In this document: positions 17,715-25,125 of the stretch, one piece after another | Position numbering within the stretch: the first letter of the stretch is position 1 | Layout: each line of letters starts with the position of its first letter | Assembly: GCA_035480055.1 (NCBI GenBank) | Contig: DATIIB010000001.1 | Location: 19,849-83,848, forward strand | Source of the DNA: Candidatus Saccharimonadales bacterium | GTDB lineage: Bacteria > Patescibacteriota > Saccharimonadia > Saccharimonadales > DASZAF01 | Direction of reading: 5' to 3' | Length of the DNA stretch: 64,000 nt | Program-made: the position numbers and the translations under genes | Notes under the pieces: generated by a model | Told to the model about the DNA's origin: nothing | What the model saw: only the letters and a program-made list of their open reading frames with translations | Databases searched by the model: none

Positions 17715-19634
17715 TTATTTTTTCTCGTCGTCAACGACTTCGCCTTCAATTGGCTCGTCTTTAGCTTTGCTGTCGCTTGCAGTATCGTCGGATTTTTTGT
17801 CGTCATCAGTTTTGGCTGCGTCGGCTTTGGCAGCCTCTTCATACATCTTGGTGCTGATTGGTTGGAGTTTATCCAACAAGGCATCGCCAGCTTTTTGCAA
17901 TTCTTCTTTGTCGTCGCTGGATTCTTTTTCTTTGGCAGCTTTTACGGCTTCTTCAATGGTTTTCTTGTCCTCGTCAGAAAGTTTTTCTGCGCTGTCGCGA
18001 ACCATTTTTTCAGCTCCGTAGATCGCTTGCGAAAGCAGGTTTTTAGCTTCGGCGATTTCGCGCTTCTTCTTGTCTTCTTCGGCGTGAGCTTCAGCTTCCT
18101 TAGCAGCCTTTTCGACCTCTTCTTTGTCGAGGTTGCCGCTGCCTTGAATAGTAATGCTTTGCTCTTTGCCGCTGGCTTTGTCTTTGGCGCTCACGTTCAA
18201 AATACCGTTGGCATCGATATTAAAGGTCACTTCAATCTGAGGGACACCGCGCGGTGCAGGAGGAATGCCGTCGAGGACAAAGCTGCCCAGCACCTTATTG
18301 TCGCCCATCATTTCGCGTTCACCCTGACCAACTTTGATTTCCACCTGAGGTTGATTATCAGCAGCGGTACTAAAAGTTTCGCTCTTGCTGGTAGGAACGG
18401 TGGTGTTGCGGTCAATGAGCTTGGTCATCACGCCACCAAGCGTTTCGATACCCAGGCTCAACGGAGTAACATCCAGCAGCAGCACGTCTTTGACATCACC
18501 AGCCAACACGCCACCTTGAATCGCAGCACCAATAGCAACAACTTCGTCTGGGTTGACGCCCTTCAGCGGATCTTTGCCAAAAATCTTTTTGACCTTTTCG
18601 ACAACTGCCGGCATGCGGGTCATACCACCGACCAACACGATTTCGTCAATGTCTTTGGCCTCAAGCTTGGCGTCTTTGAGCGCTTTGCGGCATGGCGCTT
18701 CGGTTTTGTCGATCAGCTCAGCCACCAACTCTTCAAGTTTGGCACGAGTCAACTTGTACTCAAAGTGCTTTGGCCCATCTGCGTCAGCAGTTAAGAAAGG
18801 CAGGTTCACATCTGTTTCAGTGGTGGTCGAAAGTTCCTTCTTGGCTTTTTCGGCTTCATCCTTTAAGCGCTGCATCGCAGCATTGTCGCCTTTAAGGCTA
18901 ATGCCATGCTCTTTCTTAAATTCGTCTAAGAAGAAGTTGACCAAGCGATTATCAAAATCTTCACCACCAAGGTGCGTATCGCCGTTGGTACTCTTCACTT
19001 CAAAGACGCCGTCACCGAGTTCCAAAACAGACACGTCAAAGGTACCACCGCCAAGGTCAAAGACAATAATCTTTTCATCAGTGGCTTTTTTGTCCAAACC
19101 ATACGCCAAGGCGGCTGCAGTTGGCTCGTTGATAATACGCTTCACTTCCAGACCGGCAATTTTGCCCGCATCTTTGGTGGCTTGGCGCTGTGAATCGTCA
19201 AAGTAAGCTGGCACGGTGATGACCGCTTCGCTAATTGATTCGCCTAGGAAAGCTTCAGCATCAGCCTTTAACTTACCGAGAATCATGGCGCTTACTTCTT
19301 CGGAGCTGTACTCTTTGTCGCCCATTTTGACCTTAACGCCGCCGTTAGCCTTGACGATCTGATACGGCATGATGTCGAGGTCTTTTTGAACCTCTTTGTC
19401 TTCAAACTTACGACCGATCAGCCGCTTCACGCCGTAAATAGTGTTGCTGGCGTTGGTGACTCGTTGGCGCTGCGCCACTTGGCCTACCAAACGTTCGCCA
19501 TTTTTGCTAATGGCCACCACGCTTGGGGTGGTGCGATTACCTTCAGCATTGGCGATTACTTCCGGTTTGCCTGCAACCATGTAGGCCATGGCGCTGTTGG
19601 TTGTTCCTAAATCGATTCCAATTATCTTTCCCAT
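17715..19634 (-). CDS. dnaK: molecular chaperone DnaK (Hsp70)
   Basis: [17 protein letters not shown] and the rest of the Hsp70 core are present. I chose the ATG at 19634 ([10 protein letters not shown]), preceded by AAAGGAG. The track's start at 19652 is a TTG inside the grpE stop region. Confidence 0.97.
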   Translation of the reverse strand: MGKIIGIDLGTTNSAMAYMVAGKPEVIANAEGNRTTPSVVAISKNGERLVGQVAQRQRVTNASNTIYGVKRLIGRKFEDKEVQKDLDIMPYQIVKANGGVKVKMGDKEYSSEEVSAMILGKLKADAEAFLGESISEAVITVPAYFDDSQRQATKDAGKIAGLEVKRIINEPTAAALAYGLDKKATDEKIIVFDLGGGTFDVSVLELGDGVFEVKSTNGDTHLGGEDFDNRLVNFFLDEFKKEHGISLKGDNAAMQRLKDEAEKAKKELSTTTETDVNLPFLTADADGPKHFEYKLTRAKLEELVAELIDKTEAPCRKALKDAKLEAKDIDEIVLVGGMTRMPAVVEKVKKIFGKDPLKGVNPDEVVAIGAAIQGGVLAGDVKDVLLLDVTPLSLGIETLGGVMTKLIDRNTTVPTSKSETFSTAADNQPQVEIKVGQGEREMMGDNKVLGSFVLDGIPPAPRGVPQIEVTFNIDANGILNVSAKDKASGKEQSITIQGSGNLDKEEVEKAAKEAEAHAEEDKKKREIAEAKNLLSQAIYGAEKMVRDSAEKLSDEDKKTIEEAVKAAKEKESSDDKEELQKAGDALLDKLQPISTKMYEEAAKADAAKTDDDKKSDDTASDSKAKDEPIEGEVVDDEKK

Positions 19635-19648
19635 ACTTACTCCTTTAC

Positions 19649-20200
19649 TCAATCTTCTGGTATTTCTTTATCGTCTGGTTCGCCTTTTTTCTGCTCGTGG
19701 AGGACATGCTCAACTTGTTCAGGTGGCGCAGCTTCTTCTTTGCGGCCCACTTTGACCATACTTGGGCGGAGGATATTAGTGCCCATGTGGTAACCTTTTT
19801 GGAGTTCTTCCACCACCACTTCTTCGCCCGCGCCATCTTCTTCGTAGCTAATGGCCTGATGTAGCTTTGGATCAAACGGCTTGCCAAGCGCCTCGATTGG
19901 TTCAACCTTTAGACTCTTCAGAGCGGTATCGCACTGCTTGGCGAGTTGAGCAACCCCTTTCGCCCATTGATTGTTGGCAAGGTCGGCAGGCATATGACCA
20001 AGCGCTCGCTCAATGTTGTCAATCAGTGGTAGCAGCTGCGTCACTGCGGTAGCTTTGGCGACATCCATGAGCTGCGTTCGTTCGTCATCGTTACGACGAC
20101 GGTAGTTGACGAAATCAGCATGGACTCGCTGTAAGTCGGCAGTCAATTCGTCGATCTGACTTCGAAGTTCGTCAGTCTGCGTGTCGTCTTTCTTGGCCAC
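19649..20200 (-). CDS. grpE: nucleotide exchange factor GrpE
   Basis: 183 aa. Coiled-coil N-terminus followed by [20 protein letters not shown] and a beta-domain ending in RPSMVKV. Confidence 0.93.
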   Translation of the reverse strand: MAKKDDTQTDELRSQIDELTADLQRVHADFVNYRRRNDDERTQLMDVAKATAVTQLLPLIDNIERALGHMPADLANNQWAKGVAQLAKQCDTALKSLKVEPIEALGKPFDPKLHQAISYEEDGAGEEVVVEELQKGYHMGTNILRPSMVKVGRKEEAAPPEQVEHVLHEQKKGEPDDKEIPED

Positions 20201-20249
20201 GAGTTTCCTCCTCTTGGGTATTTAGGCGATAGGCTTGATGTCTTTTATT

Positions 20250-20276
20250 CTAGCACTCAACTTACGCGAATGCTGA
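20250..20276 (-). promoter_or_regulatory. degenerate CIRCE-like inverted repeat
   Basis: CTAGCACTC-N9-GAATGCTGA matches 15 of the 18 arm positions of TTAGCACTC-N9-GAGTGCTAA. It lies between the perfect CIRCE and grpE. Confidence 0.4.
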
Positions 20277-20294
20277 TATTTCTAGCATAAAAAA

Positions 20295-20321
20295 TTAGCA
20301 CTCGTACGTCAAGAGTGCTAA
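20295..20321 (-). promoter_or_regulatory. CIRCE operator (HrcA binding site) upstream of grpE-dnaK
   Basis: Perfect consensus TTAGCACTC-GTACGTCAA-GAGTGCTAA. Confidence 0.92.
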
Positions 20322-20325
20322 TTTT

Positions 20326-21027
20326 TTATAAAGCCGCCTCTAGCGACTGGGCAGCATGCTGTACCACATTCATGGTGTGACGATAACTTTGGCGGGTAGG
20401 CCCAAGAATGCCAATATAGCTACGGTCCGAATACGGCGATCGGAAACGACTAATAATAAGGGTGCATCCGCTACTGCGTCCGATCGGATTTTCTTCACCA
20501 ATGTAGACGTTCAGCGGAGCGAGAGGGGCGGCTTCGCGCAGCCATGGTTCGAGGTTGTCCAAAAGAGTCGCAACTTCGTAGACAGCTTGCGCTTGCACAA
20601 ATTCCGGCTGGCGAAAAAGATGCGACAGGCCACTCATATAGAGCTGCCCGCCAATGGTTGCAATGCCCAGGTTGTGAGTGATCTCCACCAAAGAATCCAC
20701 GGCTGACCGAATCGCTTGCGCAGGTTCACCCGCCCCGGCCACTCGAGTGTCAATCGCTCTCGCACTGCGATCGACAAGTCGTGGTACTTCGGTCTGGCTG
20801 GTCAGCCGATTCACGTAAAAGCGGTAGCCTTTATCGGTAGGGATCCGGCCAGCACTGGTGTGCGGCTGGGTGATGTAACCCTTTTCTTCCAAGCGCGCCA
20901 TTTCGGCTCGAATAGTCGCCGGCGACACCGCAAACAACTTGGCCAAGGTTACAGAACCAACAGGTGCGGCAACTTCGGCATATTGTTCAACAATAGAGGC
21001 AAGGATGAGGGCTTGGCGGTCAGTCAT
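20326..21027 (-). CDS. hrcA: heat-inducible transcription repressor HrcA (compact, 233 aa)
   Basis: N-terminal wHTH (RQALILASIVEQY...PVGS..LAK.....SPATIR.EMA.LEE.GY..QPHTSAGR.PT..GYR.YV) and a C-terminal GILGPTRQSY motif. CIRCE elements flank the gene. Confidence 0.9.
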   Translation of the reverse strand: MTDRQALILASIVEQYAEVAAPVGSVTLAKLFAVSPATIRAEMARLEEKGYITQPHTSAGRIPTDKGYRFYVNRLTSQTEVPRLVDRSARAIDTRVAGAGEPAQAIRSAVDSLVEITHNLGIATIGGQLYMSGLSHLFRQPEFVQAQAVYEVATLLDNLEPWLREAAPLAPLNVYIGEENPIGRSSGCTLIISRFRSPYSDRSYIGILGPTRQSYRHTMNVVQHAAQSLEAAL

Positions 21028-21048
21028 GACATCTTTATGGTAGCGTTT

Positions 21049-21075
21049 TTAGCACTCAGACGTCAAGAGTGCTAG
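21049..21075 (-). promoter_or_regulatory. CIRCE operator upstream of hrcA
   Basis: TTAGCACTC-AGACGTCAA-GAGTGCTAG has one mismatch to consensus. It overlaps the stop codon of the upstream gene. Confidence 0.85.
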
Positions 21076-21812
21076 AGGGTTTCTAGATACGCCTTGGTCT
21101 CTTCACGAAGACGCGCTGCTAGTTCCCGACCGAACCGTTCATGCTGCGGCTGATGCGTCCCATGCGCCAACGCGTCCGCTTCTTTGACCGCCTCGGCAAG
21201 CTCATCGTTAATCATAAAAACAAAGCAATCATGCTCTAAAGCCAGCGTAAATTCTTTGATAGCCCCGGTGAGCCGGCGCTGCAGTTCCTGTTTGGAAGGT
21301 GCGCCTCGGTTACTAATTCGGTCGATCCAGGCCGTAAAACTCGGCGGTAAAACAAAAATCGCCAAAGCATCTGGCTTAAGCTGCGTAATATCGATCGCTC
21401 CCACCGGATCTGTATCGGTAATAGCGATTTTTTTGAGCGCGAGGGCTTTTTGAAATTCCTGAATGCTGATTCCCGACACCTGTTGTTCATGAATAATCGC
21501 CGGCCCAACCAAACGACCCGCGCGCGTTTCCTCCAACATATGTGCTTCGGTTTGAAAATGATATTCCACGCCGTCTTGTTCCAGAAGTCCGTTGTTAACT
21601 CGTGGTGGGCGCGTGGTACTGGTGACAATATCGTAATAAGCGCCCGTCTTGACCAGCTCGCTAATGATCGTGTCTCGACCAACCGAAGTTGGACCGACCA
21701 TGAGTGTCAGCGGAGTTTGCGCAAGAATCTGCAAGGCCTCTGAACTCAGTTGGTAGTTTTGGAGTGCACGAGCAAAATCGTCGTAATGATCAAGGTGTGG
21801 AATTGCTGGCAT
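21072..21812 (-). CDS. guanylate kinase-like domain protein with atypical P-loop
   Basis: MVGPTSVGRDT...TSTTRPPR.....DGVEYHF is colinear with the Gmk pattern GPSGxGKST...TTR.PR..E..G.dY.F. The Walker-A Lys-Ser/Thr is replaced by Arg-Asp. At 246 aa it is longer than a typical Gmk. Confidence 0.6.
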   Translation of the reverse strand: MPAIPHLDHYDDFARALQNYQLSSEALQILAQTPLTLMVGPTSVGRDTIISELVKTGAYYDIVTSTTRPPRVNNGLLEQDGVEYHFQTEAHMLEETRAGRLVGPAIIHEQQVSGISIQEFQKALALKKIAITDTDPVGAIDITQLKPDALAIFVLPPSFTAWIDRISNRGAPSKQELQRRLTGAIKEFTLALEHDCFVFMINDELAEAVKEADALAHGTHQPQHERFGRELAARLREETKAYLETL

Positions 21813-21843
21813 AACTTAGCCAAGAGTGTACTATACTATTCGC

Positions 21844-22068
21844 CTATCGAATAGAGCGGGTTTTGGCGGCACCACCATAAGCCATACTGCCATAGGCGCC
21901 ATTGGCCATACTGTGCGATGAGCCGTGTTTTTGGTGGCTGCCGGTCTGATTAAAGGTTTTGATCAACGAGGCCGCACCGGTCATCATGACCACGCTCAAC
22001 GCCACATTTTTTAAGAAGTTTTTGCGATCCATCTTCTGCTGCAAAAGTTCATCTATTTGCTTATTCAT
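21844..22068 (-). CDS. small Tat-signal-like protein (74 aa)
   Basis: DRKNFLKNVALSVVMMTGAASLI resembles a twin-arginine signal (S/T-R-R-x-F-L-K) with RK instead of RR. The predicted mature part of about 35 aa is Gly/His/Ser-rich. The gene lies directly downstream of tatA-tatC. Confidence 0.5.
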   Translation of the reverse strand: MNKQIDELLQQKMDRKNFLKNVALSVVMMTGAASLIKTFNQTGSHQKHGSSHSMANGAYGSMAYGGAAKTRSIR

Positions 22069-22140
22069 TGTGTCACCCTTTTTATTTTGAGTTTTTCTCT
22101 AATACAATAATGCCGCTTACGTTTACTCGTGTCAAGCTAT

Positions 22141-23229
22141 TTAGGAGCGGGCAATGATGCCGTCAATCGATGGGAAAGGTCGAGGGCGTTCCAAGCGGAC
22201 TTGGCGTTCTGGAATCAAGGCTCGTGACAGAGGCTGCGGCGCTCGTGTTGTAGGCTTGGGCTGACTCGGCGATACGCGCGGTCCAAAGTCGCTGATAAGT
22301 CGCTTCTGGGGACGAACTGCTGGTGGCGCAATTGGCAATGCCTGAGCAGCAGCACGTTGGGGAGCCGGAACAGGATGTACAACAGGGGTTTCCATAGGCT
22401 TGGTAAGCGGTTGAGTTTCAGCGGCGACTTCGACTGCTGCCAGTGCTTGGCGCTTGCGTCGTCCGCGTCCCTGCAACCATACCGCGATCAGACCGATTTG
22501 ATACATGGCGATAATCGGCACTGCGAATAAGAACTGATTAAACATATCAGGCGTGGGGGAGATCACTGCCGCAATAATAAAGCTTGCCAAGATAACGTGT
22601 CGCTGATATTTCATCATGCCACTCGGCTTTAGCGGCTTAATGTTGTCGATTATCAGCATCACCAAAGGAATCTGAAACAACAAAGCCGACCCAAGTAAAT
22701 AGGTCGTCACAAATGTCAGATAGGCGTCCACCGTCAGCATGGCCGAAATATGGTTAATATTAAAGCCCGTTAAAAAGTGCAGGGCTTCAGGCAGACTCAG
22801 AAAGTACGAAAAAGTCACCCCGCCCACCGCAAGGACAAATGAAAAGACAATGTAGCGCGCAATAGGCTGACGTCGTCCACCCATGATTGGTTGTATGTAG
22901 CGGTACAAATGATAAATAATCAATGGTACCGACACCAAAATCCCAAAATAAAGGCACAACTTAATAATAAAGCTGAGACCTCCGATTGGCGTCAGGTAAT
23001 ACAACTGTTGATTGCCCAGTGGGCGCATCAGCACTTTAAGAATTTGATCCTTAATGCTGTAGCCCAATGTCGAGGTAATCAAAAGGCTGCCGACAACCCA
23101 GAACAAGCGAGCACGAAATTCCTGAATGTGCTCCAAAACGGTCAGTTCGGCAGGGGCGCTCACTGTCTCTTTAGCTGGTTGTAGTTTTGGCGTCTGACGA
23201 CTTTGCCTTTTGAACGGCATCAGCGTCAT
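22141..23229 (-). CDS. tatC: twin-arginine translocase subunit TatC with a Pro-rich C-terminal extension
   Basis: LEHIQEFRARLFW at the N-terminus and a six-TM TatC core. About 110 extra Pro/Ala/Arg-rich residues follow the last TM. The start is uncertain. The ORF-track start overlaps tatA by 59 nt, and a GTG at 23163, 8 nt after the tatA stop, is an alternative. Confidence 0.88.
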   Translation of the reverse strand: MTLMPFKRQSRQTPKLQPAKETVSAPAELTVLEHIQEFRARLFWVVGSLLITSTLGYSIKDQILKVLMRPLGNQQLYYLTPIGGLSFIIKLCLYFGILVSVPLIIYHLYRYIQPIMGGRRQPIARYIVFSFVLAVGGVTFSYFLSLPEALHFLTGFNINHISAMLTVDAYLTFVTTYLLGSALLFQIPLVMLIIDNIKPLKPSGMMKYQRHVILASFIIAAVISPTPDMFNQFLFAVPIIAMYQIGLIAVWLQGRGRRKRQALAAVEVAAETQPLTKPMETPVVHPVPAPQRAAAQALPIAPPAVRPQKRLISDFGPRVSPSQPKPTTRAPQPLSRALIPERQVRLERPRPFPSIDGIIARS

Positions 23230-23383
23230 CCTCGTTTAGCCCTTTGCGTAACTCTCTGGCTGAGGTACCGAGGCTTTTTGCCAACTCTGGTAGCTTCTTG
23301 CTTCCAAACAGCAAGAGTACGATCGCCAGGACTACAATGAGTTCGGGCGCGCCGATCCCCAAAAGTTCTGCGAATTCTTTCAT
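23171..23383 (-). CDS. tatA: twin-arginine translocase TatA/TatE family subunit
   Basis: 70 aa. One TM (ELIVVLAIVLLLFGSKKLPEL) plus an amphipathic helix, including the conserved FG..KLP motif. Confidence 0.9.
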   Translation of the reverse strand: MKEFAELLGIGAPELIVVLAIVLLLFGSKKLPELAKSLGTSARELRKGLNEDDADAVQKAKSSDAKTTTS

Positions 23384-23468
23384 TCTCTCCCCCTAGTTTT
23401 ATATGTAACTTAAGCTTATACTTTGGACAGCGAAATAGCAAGTAAAAGCTTATGGTATACTGCATACA

Positions 23469-23918
23469 ATGAATCTGTTAAGTGACATCAGCGAGCTTCC
23501 CCTCACCTACGTGGCTCAGGCTTATGGCTGTAGCACGTATGGCGCAAGTTCGTACGATCAATGTCCTAGCGAGAATACTTCAAACAGCAGCTCGTCCTCC
23601 TCATCGTCCTCCACAAAACACAGTAGCAGTGGAACAACCACCCCTTCTGGAGATTCCAGTGCCGATACGACCGCTCCATCAACCACTTCGCCTAGTTCTA
23701 GTTCAGCCGATCAAAGCACTACGCAACCAACCAACCCTGTTGCTGCAGCTGCCAAACATGTTGCCACAACTCATTGGAATGTCTTGCTGCCAATTATTTT
23801 CGGCCTCGCCATCTTGTTTGCGTTCCTGATACTCCTTTGGAAGCGGCGGCATCGTAAAGATGAACCATCGCCACCAAGCGACTTCTCTGGCGGCGGATTC
23901 ACTCCACCAGCTGTTTAA
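23469..23918 (+). CDS. Ser/Thr-rich protein with a single C-terminal TM helix
   Basis: 149 aa. About 80 low-complexity S/T/P residues, then WNVLLPIIFGLAILFAFLILLW and a basic stop-transfer KRRHRK. No obvious N-terminal signal peptide. Confidence 0.5.
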   Translation: MNLLSDISELPLTYVAQAYGCSTYGASSYDQCPSENTSNSSSSSSSSSTKHSSSGTTTPSGDSSADTTAPSTTSPSSSSADQSTTQPTNPVAAAAKHVATTHWNVLLPIIFGLAILFAFLILLWKRRHRKDEPSPPSDFSGGGFTPPAV

Positions 23919-25096
23919 CGAGTTCCCCACGCGGTGCGCCGTGCAAAAAGCGTAATCAACGAGTAAATACGCAGTGGTATCAAGACCGTGACATGCAGCA
24001 GACCATACACCGTAAAGAATAAAAAGTTCCGGTCTTTGGTGCGCCACACCCCATATATCGAGCGCAGCAAACCCATTCCCAAAGCCGTCAGCCCATACCA
24101 AAACGCCACACCTTCGTGACCGTGCAAGGCTGCAATCGCAGTAATGCACAGTCCTGCCAGCAGCATAAATGGCAGAAGTGCCTGCATGGCCAAATCATAG
24201 GCCATGTAAGGATGATGGTTTCGCAAATAGGTCACATTCCAGAGCATCTCTCGGTAAAATGACATGTTCCAGCGCCACTGCTGTTTCACATAGTCGGGGA
24301 AAAGCCGCTCGGGCACATGCGTTCGGGCAGAAGCCATCGGCTCGAAGATGGCCTGAAAGCCTTCTCGCAAAATCAGGTTGGTAAGGTGCCGATCATCACC
24401 AAAGGTGCACGGCCGACCCAAAAAAGTTTGCCCAATATATTTGTCCCAAACCTTTTGCAGCGCGGCGCCTCGATACATGCTTAGCGGACCAGAGCAACAC
24501 GTGACCGAGTTAAAGTAACTCTGCGCTGCCCGCTCGACATGAAATGCCGACCAGTAGCGAACCTTAATAAGACGCGTCAGCCAACTGTGCCGCCAATTAT
24601 CCGCTGTGACATCAGCAGTTACCGCGCCGATGCGGGAGTCGGCAAAGCGTGCCGCCATCACCGCCACCGCGTCCGAGGCCAGCACTGTGTCCGAATCCAC
24701 CGTGAGATACAACGTCGCATCTGGATGATTTAAGTAGCCACGATGTTGCGCCTCACGTTTGCCTGCGTTTTTGGCAAGCAGCTCAATACTCACATTGCTG
24801 AACTTGCCAAATTCCTCATACACCCATTGCAGTTGCTTACGGTTTTTGGAGCCATCATCAATCGCCACAATATGCAGATTACGATGGGTTTGGCGGCGCA
24901 GCGAGGTTAAGCACCGGCGCAGTCGCCACGGCGATTCATTATAAATTGGCACCAGCACCACCACTCGAGTAGTGAAGTCATAGCTTTTGGCCTTATGACG
25001 TTCGGCATGCCGATGCGCAAAAAAATACTGCACGCAGAGATGGCTCATACTCAGTACGCCGTAAATGATCAGAAACAATTGCAGTTCAAATGACAT
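23915..25096 (-). CDS. processive family-2 glycosyltransferase, hyaluronan synthase (HasA)/NodC/chitin-synthase-like
   Basis: VLVPIYNES, IVAIDDGS, TVDSDT, TFGDDRHLTNLIL and KQQWRWNMSFYRE (QxxRW) are present, with flanking TM helices. I chose the ATG at 25096 (MSFELQ...), preceded by GGAAGGA. The track start at 25144 overlaps the upstream gene. Confidence 0.8.
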   Translation of the reverse strand: MSFELQLFLIIYGVLSMSHLCVQYFFAHRHAERHKAKSYDFTTRVVVLVPIYNESPWRLRRCLTSLRRQTHRNLHIVAIDDGSKNRKQLQWVYEEFGKFSNVSIELLAKNAGKREAQHRGYLNHPDATLYLTVDSDTVLASDAVAVMAARFADSRIGAVTADVTADNWRHSWLTRLIKVRYWSAFHVERAAQSYFNSVTCCSGPLSMYRGAALQKVWDKYIGQTFLGRPCTFGDDRHLTNLILREGFQAIFEPMASARTHVPERLFPDYVKQQWRWNMSFYREMLWNVTYLRNHHPYMAYDLAMQALLPFMLLAGLCITAIAALHGHEGVAFWYGLTALGMGLLRSIYGVWRTKDRNFLFFTVYGLLHVTVLIPLRIYSLITLFARRTAWGTR

Positions 25097-25125
25097 AAAA
25101 TTCCTTCCGCTTGCGGTTATTACAT

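Noticed and set aside
17622-18794. 390-aa plus-strand ORF rich in Phe/Val/Leu (also 18553-19206 and others), antisense to dnaK
   Set aside because: It lies entirely inside the unambiguous dnaK gene on the opposite strand. Its low-complexity composition is typical of mirror-frame ORFs, and I see no start context or motif.
23570-23720. Poly-Ser tract as a slipped-strand phase-variation repeat
   Set aside because: The Ser run uses mixed codons (agc agc tcg tcc tcc tca tcg tcc tcc), so it is not a homogeneous microsatellite. It is better read as protein-level low complexity.
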